Origin: Takakia lepidozioides
Lineage: Eukaryota; Plantae; Bryophyta
Direction: 5' to 3'
Assembly: GCA_030704615.1 (NCBI GenBank)
Contig: CM060732.1
Location: 30,256,001-30,320,000, forward strand
DNA: 64,000 nt
Shown: positions 1-8,760 of the stretch, piece after piece
How the letters are laid out: every line of letters begins with the position of its first letter
How positions within the stretch are numbered: position 1 is the stretch's first letter
The notes under the pieces: model-generated
Told to the model about the DNA's origin: nothing
Database searches by the model: none
What the model saw: only the letters and a program-made list of their open reading frames with translations
Translations under genes and position numbers: made by a program

Positions 1-1155
1 TTATGTTTTATGTGGATCACCAGGCTTTGATTTATCTGGTGAACAAGCCTTTGATAAGTGGCAGGATAACAAGATGGTTGATTATCTTGCACGAGTTGTA
101 TAAGCTAGGACCTCATGGAGTTCTTAAACGATGTTTGTACCACCTGATTGCTGGTTGAAGGACAAGAAAACCTCGTCACCCCGGTTCTCCGTTCGGTTGG
201 TCTGCAATAAATAGTTTTGGAAGAGGTTCATAAAGGAGTGGCTGAAGGCCATTTTGGAGAAGAGACTACCAGTAGGAAAATATTACTTGCAGGTTACTGG
301 TGCCCTACTTTGTTCAAGGATGTACACAAGTATTGCAAGAGTTGTGATGAGTGTCAGAGGCTAGGACCTTTGCAAAGATCTAGGAAGATGACTTTGTATC
401 TTATGATGCCAACTGAACCATTCCAGAAGTGGGGATTAGATTTTGTTGGACCAATTAATCCACCAGCCAGGAATACACAGAACAAGTATATAATCACAGC
501 CACTGATTATACCACAAAATGGGTGGAAGCTAAGGCTCTAAGGGACAACACAACTAAGTCCACAACAAGGTTCCTATATGAGAACATTCTCACAAGATTT
601 GGCTGTTCCTGGAATTTGTAAGTGACCAGGGAAGTTATTTCATTAATGAGACCATTAAACTATTGACTAAGGAGTTCATGATTGTGCACAAGAAAAGTAC
701 AACCTATTACCCACAGGGCAATGGGCAGGTAGAGGCCACCAACAAAATACTATGCACTATCTTGGCTAAGATAGTCAATGCAAACAAAACAGACTGGGAT
801 ACAAAGCTGTTGACAGCTTTGTGGTCAAACAAGACTTCATATAAAGTCACCACCAAGTATACACCATTCCAATTAGTTTATGGTATGGAAGCTTTACTTC
901 CAGTGGAATTCTTATTACCTACCATGAGAACTGAATGGGGAAGGAGAATGGAATTGGAGGATTCAATTAAAGTAAGGAAACATGAACTATATCATGTGGA
1001 AGAGGTACGTGCTGATGCAGCAGATAACATAGATGACGAGGAAGGATCAGTTTGATGAAGGTAAGTTGAAGAGTTTTAAGACAGGTGATTTGGTACTGTG
1101 GTTGCAGAAGAAGGGAAAGATTAAAGCTTCTAAGCTTAAATCACCATGGAAAGGG
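1..1155 (+). mobile_element. Ty3/gypsy LTR retrotransposon pol fragment (RNase H tail + integrase), frameshifted and truncated
   Basis: 1-98 reads YVDHQALIYLVNKP..GRITRW (gypsy RNase H end). ORF 217-621 has the HHCC zinc motif (H..GHFG..C.SC..CQ) and [17 protein letters not shown]. After a frameshift come SDQG and STTYYPQGNGQVE..N (DDE core). It ends at KLKSPWKG, just inside the GPY/F motif. Confidence 0.93.
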
Positions 1156-1608
1156 GGGCTGCTATTTCATGAGCCATGAGCCATGAGCGGCATGAGCCAT
1201 GAGCAGAGTCGTAAGTGTCGAAAAAAACATGAGCATGACTATTTTCCGGAAATGAGTGTCCGCGGGAATAGGGTTTAGGGTGTCACGGTCATAGGGGGAG
1301 AAGGACCTCCCGATGAAGGAGGTTCGACAATGTTTTTTAGAATTACATATTGAAAGGCAATGTTTCGCAAATGGTAGGGTGGTACTGCTCTGTACAATGG
1401 GAACCCATTTCAGCCTCCCAGCCACTTGCAAAATCCACCCACACTCCCAATCCCAAACAAAATGAGGAATGATGCATTCTGGGAACGATGGATACAGAAT
1501 AGAACAAAAAGAGGGCACAATGGGGTTTTTATTGATCCACATGAATTGCATTTGAAGCACGTCTACTGTGCTGATTGTGCAAACAAATCTTTAGCCATGT
1601 GCCTCAAG

Positions 1609-2322
1609 TCACGTTGTCAATGGGACTTCGACTGCTCTGAGAACTAGTTCATGAGTCATCGGGCTCCTCCAGGTAAACTGGATTGCAGCCGTTGTACCGC
1701 CCCTGTTGATGTTCACCACAATGTCGTGCCCTTCAATCATACCACCATCGAATATGGAAAGCTTCACGTTTTCGTCGTCCACACCAATGCGAATGTCCCC
1801 ATACAATGGAGAAGAGGAGCGCACTCCTTCAGGAGTATAAATCTCTCCGATGGAGTCCACCCACGTCCACTGGCAGCAGTTCCACCGCAACAGCATAGCA
1901 GTGCGCATTCTTCTGCATGGGTGCCCGTCGTAGCTGGGAAAATCGGAATCGAGGATGCGCAGGAGCCACGGACTCCTCAGACCAAGATCGTCACCCCGCT
2001 CGAAGGCGTAGTGGCCTGGGATATACTCAAAAGCGGACAATGTTTCCACATTCGAACCAGTATCTTCTGTGTAATTTGTGTACCAGATAACGATGTTTCC
2101 CGATGTGGCCGAATACATTGCATAATCGAAGCCTCCATAAGGGCAGTCGTCCCGGTTCCGGAAGCACGGCATCCTTGCAAAGGAGGACCTGAGGACGTCT
2201 TTGATGCCGATGACAATGACCTTGCGGACAACAACGAAGCCCTTAGATTTTAGAAATGATGAGAAGCGGAAGAGCAGTGCGGGCTCCAATAATGGAGCAT
2301 CTGGGTCACACGTACCCACCAA
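1609..2322 (-). CDS. Hypothetical protein (237 aa open stretch), paralog A of a head-to-head pair; possibly a pseudogene
   Basis: Colinear similarity with the + strand copy at 2605-3259 (RMPCxRNxxDCPY, DYAM, YxFERG, YGDIR, DGGMI..HDIVV, ELVLRA.EVP) shows it is coding-derived. An in-frame TGA lies just upstream of the ORF. Confidence 0.6.
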   Translation of the reverse strand: MVGTCDPDAPLLEPALLFRFSSFLKSKGFVVVRKVIVIGIKDVLRSSFARMPCFRNRDDCPYGGFDYAMYSATSGNIVIWYTNYTEDTGSNVETLSAFEYIPGHYAFERGDDLGLRSPWLLRILDSDFPSYDGHPCRRMRTAMLLRWNCCQWTWVDSIGEIYTPEGVRSSSPLYGDIRIGVDDENVKLSIFDGGMIEGHDIVVNINRGGTTAAIQFTWRSPMTHELVLRAVEVPLTT

Positions 2323-2604
2323 TCATCGTGTAACGTGTTCATCACGCCAGCGGTGGATGAACCGATACCTCTTTCTCATCCACGGGGTATAGTTTGAAAT
2401 CTGCCACCGAAGTCCATCCCCCGGAAGGAAATTCGGCGCCGCATTTACATCGAAGGGGGGATGAACTTCGTCGTCTCGAGTGGCTATAGGCCCACCTGGC
2501 ACTTACTGCCCATAGTTTGCATGGCAGGGAAGGAAGCTGAAACGGCTACATTCATGGAGCAGCCAATCTTTATCCGTGCAGGTTCCTGTAGGGGGAAAAT
2601 TTAA

Positions 2605-3259
2605 ATGTGCCCTGGAGTGTTTCTGAGGAATTGCAGCGTTTGCTTGAACTTCTTCCAGCCACCGCGCTGCTCTTTTTCAAGGATGCCGTGCCATCGAAAT
2701 ACTGCTGACTGCCCTTATCATGGCCACGATTATGCTATGTTCAAACCAGAATCAGGAGACATCATTGTCTGGCTCTCTGTTTTCACAGACGCTTCTGGAA
2801 TCAAGCGGGAGTCTTTGTGCGCAATGGAGTATTTGGAGGGCTATTACCGCTTTGAGCGAGGTGAGGGCGAGGGTCAATGCGGTCCGTAGGTCCTGAAAAT
2901 TGTTGACCTCGATATACCAAGCTGGAATGGGATGCCGGACATCACGCACGGCCTCACTTTGGCGCTAGAACAGCTGCCAGTGGACCAGGGAGGACGGCAC
3001 CGGGGAAAACTATATTCGTGGAGTTCACTCCGCTCTTCCAGTGTATGGAGACATTCGGCTGAGTTGCGAAGATGAATCGCACGGGCACATGAGGCCCACA
3101 GTGACCTTGTCAATGTATGATGGTGGTATGATTGATAGGCATGACATTGTCGTCAGCTCCACCAAGGGCACCAGATCGACCGCATTGCAGTTTACCTCGA
3201 GGTGCCGCATCAGTAATGAGCTTGTTTTGAGGGCTATCGAAGTTCCGTCGACTTGGTGA
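2605..3259 (+). pseudogene. Hypothetical protein paralog B, disabled
   Basis: ORFs 2605-2889 and 3041-3259 align to paralog A. There is a TAG at 2887-2889 where A has Trp, and a frameshift before YGDIR. Confidence 0.65.
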
Positions 3260-3787
3260 CGTCCATGAATGGCTTAGATTTGTCTGGAGTTGCTAAATGT
3301 GAGACACCGTGTTCGATCAATAAAACAACCCATCGTACCTCACTTCTGTGTACTTGTGTTTCATCGTGTTCAAGAACTGTCGTAATTGGCCCACTGTTTA
3401 CAGTTTGAGATCTCATTTCTACAATGTGTCTGTCCATATGAATATACCAGAGTCAGCGATATCAGAGTCCTAAGGTGAAGGAAATCCATGTATGAGTAAA
3501 AGGAAACATGTACACGCCGAAGCTCGGAAATTCGGCACCGCATTTCATTTTTCTCCATGCAGCGATTTCTGGCAGCTCCCTTTCCTCCATTGTCGTCGTA
3601 ACGGAAATGCTGTACAACATTTCAGTTCCTGACATGGCATTAACATACTTCGAATTGGAAATGCGGCGCCGCATTTCCATATTGGACCTTGAATTGTCCA
3701 AGCATGTCCAGTCGCTAATGCTTGTCCATGTCCATACTTGAAATGCGGCACCGCATTTCCATGTCCGTCATCGAAATCTCCAGCGGA

Positions 3788-4195
3788 CTACTCGTTGGCC
3801 AGGCTTTCGAAAATCCCATCTTCACCTTGCGGAACCGACCATCTCACCTCCGTTGGCTCGTCGTCCTCCCTGTCTGCATCGCTCTTATCCGCTGAATCAC
3901 ATATGAACTTTCGCACCTGTCTACCTGTCTCAGCTGTTGCCAACTCTTTCCTTATCTTTCTGTCATACCTAGCCCTCTCCAAAATCTGCTCTACTTTACT
4001 GGGATTCTCACATCGTCTAATCGCTGTATTTGCGAGTTTAGCTGAATAACTAGGAAGGGAGTAGTCCTTCACCGGGCTCGTCATGAAGTCGGCCCTCGCA
4101 AAGAACGGGACATTCTTCCTGGCAGGAAGTGTAGGCCCTACATGTTTCGACCCGGATCCTGGAATCCTGCACATAACAATCACCAACGAGACCAA
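3788..4195 (-). CDS. Hypothetical protein within the element
   Basis: 135-aa ORF with a charged, helical-looking C-terminal half, directly downstream of the MTase gene on the same strand. No recognisable motif. Confidence 0.3.
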   Translation of the reverse strand: MVSLVIVMCRIPGSGSKHVGPTLPARKNVPFFARADFMTSPVKDYSLPSYSAKLANTAIRRCENPSKVEQILERARYDRKIRKELATAETGRQVRKFICDSADKSDADREDDEPTEVRWSVPQGEDGIFESLANE

Positions 4196-4268
4196 TGAGA
4201 ACCACAGTCCGGAAATGCGTTTGACAAAAAATCACCCAGAAGGCTTTGCAAACTTACAATGTTTGCAC

Positions 4269-5432
4269 TCACTCGTATTCCGGGTTCTCCTTTGCATCAA
4301 TGTCCACTGTCTCTTCCTCCGACTCCGACGAATCCGAGGAGTCTTTGGCTTCGATGGGAGCCTTCACATTCCGTTGCAGCCCTTCCAGATGGGATCCCCA
4401 GACGGATGTGTCCTCCTAGTAGGCAAAGAGGTGCCGGTCGGAAAACCGCCCAGCCCACATTGAGGCACCTGTTACAATGCCATCCACACATTATGACATG
4501 GCCCTTCAGATGTTGCGAATTAAAGCATAACGAGAATTTGCAGAACATCATACAACAAGATTCTGCATACCTGTCCCACAGATGAGGTCGAGCACTGTGC
4601 CCTCCACGTTAGTGCATGTCTCCATAATTGTCTGAATGAAGGCAGGGCTCCGAGTCCGTGAATACCGCAGGGGTTCAGTTGAAGTGAGGCTATGAGGGAG
4701 AAGTTCCGTGGGAACATTGTTGAACAGGACGTCGTAATCGATGGGGTCGCAGTTCGGGTCAACCAACAATCCCTCCTTCCGGAAAACAAAGGTGGAGTTC
4801 TCCTTCACAAAGCAGTATGCATCGAACTGCTTCGTCTGCATACACAGTGGGGAACGATTAGAAATTGAATGCGGCACCGCATTTCAAAACTCCTAAGAAA
4901 ATGAAAGGACGAGTGCCAATGTCGTAATTACCTTCTTCCCTTCCGACCGAAGGCCCAATGTGTTGATGCACGTCCACTTCTTTTTCAGAATTGGGACGAC
5001 GCTCTTGCGGGTCCACTTCGCAATTCCTGTCTGCGTGTTTTTGCCTCTGCTCGCCAGGACAACCACACAGCCTCTGTCATCCAACACCATGCGGGCGAGC
5101 CCGAATCCTTTCTTCCAAAAGTCCTCGGAGTACCTATTCCAAGATGGCAAAGCTTGCAGTCCTTCCACAGGCTCTCCATCCGGAATATCCAAGATGATCA
5201 TATTGCAAGACCACTCGGTGGCATTTCCGCCCCTCCTGCAATCCTTGTCTGCACACACCTTCTCAAAGAACGAGACCATCTTCAGAAACCCAGGGGTGTC
5301 GGAAGGCTCTTCGGCAGCCGCCTTCTTCAGTGCTCTGCCCTTCAGACCCTCCATGGTCTTCATGTATGCCAACTTGGCTGCCCGTCCATCCAAAGCCGCC
5401 AAGAAACTGTGCCGCATTTCCAGAACAGACAT
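4269..5432 (-). pseudogene. Beta-class DNA N4-cytosine/N6-adenine methyltransferase-like domain, spliced (2 introns), disabled
   Basis: Exons ..5432-4932, 4835-4571 and 4468-4269 join in frame through GT-AG introns (4931-4836, 4570-4469). The product is IILDIPDG (motif IV-like) .. LARMVLDDRGCVVV .. RSPAFIQTIMETCTNVEGTVLDLICGTGASMWAGRFSDRHLFAY*ED (motifs X-I-II). TAG at 4418-4416 replaces the expected acidic residue. Confidence 0.78.
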
Positions 5433-8400
5433 CGTTGTTTGTCCAATTCCACTGGACTACTGTATCGGGATCCACTTTCGGCCTCTTCATTTCCACCGGC
5501 TCGAAAGGGTGCCCCCCCGGGGGGTTGAAGAGTGCCTTCTTTACCGAGCCAGTTCTCGTCCCTCTCGTGACAACGGTGGGCACAGGGGATTTCGGCTGCG
5601 TTTCGGGGGGTGGGCTGGTTGCAAAGTCTCCATCGGAGTCCTCTTCCTCACCCTCTACCTGCACTATCTGTTTCTGCTTCTTTGTTTTCTTGGGTGTCAC
5701 AACTGCTGCTCCTTGCTTGGGAGTCCGCTTCTTGGACCCCTTTTGTTGAGCCACACAGCTGCATCCACCGTCTTCTGTGCCATCTCAGTTGCCTTTCAGG
5801 ATTGTTCCAAAGCAGCAACTTCCTTTGCCGACTCTGGCCGAGCAGGGACACGTCTTTCCTTTCTCTTCTCTTCTGCTTTCACGTGCAGATCTTTCTCAGA
5901 CTCGTCAACAATTCCGCCAGACATGTCCAGGGGCATCCAACCAGATGCGCGGCATGCCATTGTTTCTGCATCCCGGGTGTGTAGACACAGCTTGGGCCCG
6001 CCACGGTCCAAGCCATGAAGAACGGGGGCTCTTGAGCCAGGGCCCCTGTCTGAAGAAGCACATATTTCATATACCTACAGGGCAGTCAGCATGCGTGAGC
6101 AAAAGTTGAGACCAACGTACTCACAGAGTGCAACCGAAAACTTAAAATGCGAATGCGGTGCCGCATTTCTCAGACAAACCTCATAACCAGGCTTCGCATA
6201 CAAGGACAGCTGGGCTTCACCTGTAAACAATTTGCATTGCAGCTTTTCCCGCTCCCTCGTGATGTGTAAACTCCACGCTCCTTCTTGCTGTCTGCAGCTC
6301 CCTGGCGAAGAGGTTGTCCTTGTACGCACATCTGAAACGTGTCACGTAGTCTTCCAATGTCTGTATTCCATCCCATTTGACGTACAAGCCGAACGAATTT
6401 GTATGCATTACGACTTGCTCCTTTGCATTCGTCATTACCTGCGATTCCCACATGCATTGTCACGTAGCAGTTCAGGGAATTCATTTCAGAAAAGCAAATC
6501 TGGGGAAGTACCTTGAATTACCTGGAACCACCAAGTCATGCGGTTGAGCCACACATCCACTGCAGGGTCGGAAACTTCGAGTGGAAAAGACCACATTGTC
6601 CTTATACTCTCCGATGCATTCCAGATCGACAGCCACCGTGTCTGCCATTTCCGATCCAATGTCAGGAGCATGAAGAAGAGTGACTATTGCTAGGAAGGAA
6701 CTTCAGTGCATTGAAACCTCACCTTCTCTTTCGCCTCAACACATGCCGTTGAGAGGTGATGTAGTTTCTCCAACTGCATGGTCGGCTGCATAACCCGAGA
6801 ATAGTGTTTTGCAATCTCGGGGATGAAGCCCTTTCCAAGTGCCGGATCTGCAATGGCCACCAGCTTCACAAGCTTTGACTTATATTTCGTTCTGGACTTG
6901 ACCCCGGCTTCCTTCAAGTGCTCAGTCAATGACTGCAACGTTTTGACATGCCCCTCACTTTCCATGAAGAAGCGTTTAGCATGGGCCAAATCCAGCTTGA
7001 TGTTTGACTGCCAACAAAAACATGCAGAAGCGTTACATTCGATTCATGTGGAAAGATGATTGAAAATTGGGGAAAGATGAGCAGAGGGAAATGGGATGAA
7101 CTAGGACTCCGATCGGAAAAAGAGACGAAGGAGAAATGTCAATTGGACATACAGAGGCCATTGAAATATTACCTAAAAAGGACAGAATTGTCGATCGGTA
7201 AATATAGCAAAAACTTAGAATGACAAGTGGTCAAACTGACTCGATATGATGCAAAATTGGGCATGCCTTGGACGGAATCTCACAACCCCCTCCACCATTC
7301 CATCCACAGTGAGACGATACCATGTCCTATGGCCGAAGTCTGGATCACCCTTCAGCGTTGCCTCGAATTCGTCGTTGCGAGTGTGCCAGCGGGTATCCCA
7401 TGTTGACAATTCATCCGCAGTGGGTCCACAAGATTTGCCGTCCTCATTCTCAAGGGAAACGTAGAAGGCTAGCGAACCTAGACGGTACCCTTCTCGAAAT
7501 GCGCACATATCCGGGAAGTGCCTGCCTGACGATAGGAAGGGAGACCATGCGACAGAGTGGGATTCGAAGAGTCCGCTAGAATACACTGCTGCCCAGAAGT
7601 CTGCCAATGTTACTGTGTGTCTCCTCCAACATTGTATCCGCTGCACTTTGGAATTCCTCCGGAGACATTTCTGCTGGTGGCGGTAGGGGTTGAGCAGCTG
7701 GAGCATCCCCAACTGGAGCTGCACTCTGGGGAATCTTTGCGGGCAATTCTGCAATTGCAGAGGCCTCCTCCGGGCCTGCAGTATTCTAAAGATCTTCCTC
7801 AACGGTGGTCAGGTCTTGCTGCGAACGTTGAGCGGCAGCACCCTCCTCCGATACCAGATCGACGAAATCAGTCGATCCCATTGCCTTCACTGCAGTAGAG
7901 ACGCCCCCAACATCACCAGGCTGGAAATCAAGCAGGAACTGGGCTTCAGCTCGTGGAATCGGTTTTGCGGAAGACTGCTCCGCCCTCCCCTTGATTGCCT
8001 TTTGCTTCCTCATTCTTGCAGGTGAAGGTGTCTGCTGCAATTGAATCTGCTTCATTCGCCTGGGTGGGGGGGAAACGGCCTGGTCCGGTTCAGAAACAAG
8101 TTGAAGGACGGGCTGCTTCTTCTTCGTCTTTGCTGGAGAAGGGCTAGACCCCTGCTGGCAATTCTCCATGACCTTCGAACGCGAGTCGCTCTCTGGGGCT
8201 TTGAACTACAAAGACTTTCCCTTCGAAGCCGCGTCCTTGAAACGCACAGGGCTAGGCCCGGCAGGAAGACCCGTGCTCGTGGATCGGCTGGGTGTGTGTG
8301 CTGCAGCTAGCTCCACGGACTCTGCCTGCGGCTCTTCGGATTCATGCGATCCCTCCAGCATGTACTTTGTCTTATGGGGTCTATACCCTTCAATCGTGAA

Positions 8401-8480
8401 CTCTTTCACATGTGAAAACAGAAAGCTTTCTCTCTTCTTAAAGAGAATTAGTTTTTTCAAGCAATTAGGAACCAACCAAT
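5433..8480 (-). pseudogene. Upstream exons of the same decayed gene (low-complexity region, ParB/Srx-like segment, helical region)
   Basis: One reading frame runs ~8475-7500 through TAG stops at 8208, 7788 and ~7579 into LRIPLCRMVSLPIVR. After a frameshift it continues GYRLGSLAFYVS..W.T.W..RNDEFE..L..DPDFGHRTW. Further exon-like ORFs lie at 6989-6690, 6671-6486, 6453-6217, 6070-5796 and 5754-5400. Exact splicing is not resolved. Confidence 0.5.
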
Positions 8481-8679
8481 TTCATAGGCTTGGCTTAAGA
8501 TACAAATGAAATCTACTATCAAATATGAAAAAGTGAGGTGATGAATCACCCTTAAAGCGCGAATGGTGCTTGTGATGCTTTACTAGCTCGATGGTACTCC
8601 TTGCGGCCTTCCCTTGGTGCTCGTCAAGCTTGGTCCACCCTCTGCCTTCTTACTTGTCTCCAAGTCTCCCACTATACGA

Positions 8680-8760
8680 GGTTAGCTATTTCATGAGCAT
8701 GAGCGACATGAGCGGAGTAGTAAGACAATCGGTTTTCATGAGCAGAAATTCCGCAAATAA
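8680..8760 (+). repeat. Internal direct copy of the element's left terminus
   Basis: GGTTAGCTATTTCATGAGCATGAGCGACATGAGCGGAGTAGTAAG resembles 1156-1215 GGGCTGCTATTTCATGAGCC..CATGAGCAGAGTCGTAAG. Confidence 0.75.

Noticed and set aside
4269-5432. Bacterial contamination as the source of the MTase
   Set aside because: GT-AG introns restore the frame, and the sequence is contiguous with plant genes and TEs.
4960-6018. 352-aa plus-strand ORF
   Set aside because: It is the antisense shadow of the minus-strand MTase gene and has no motifs.
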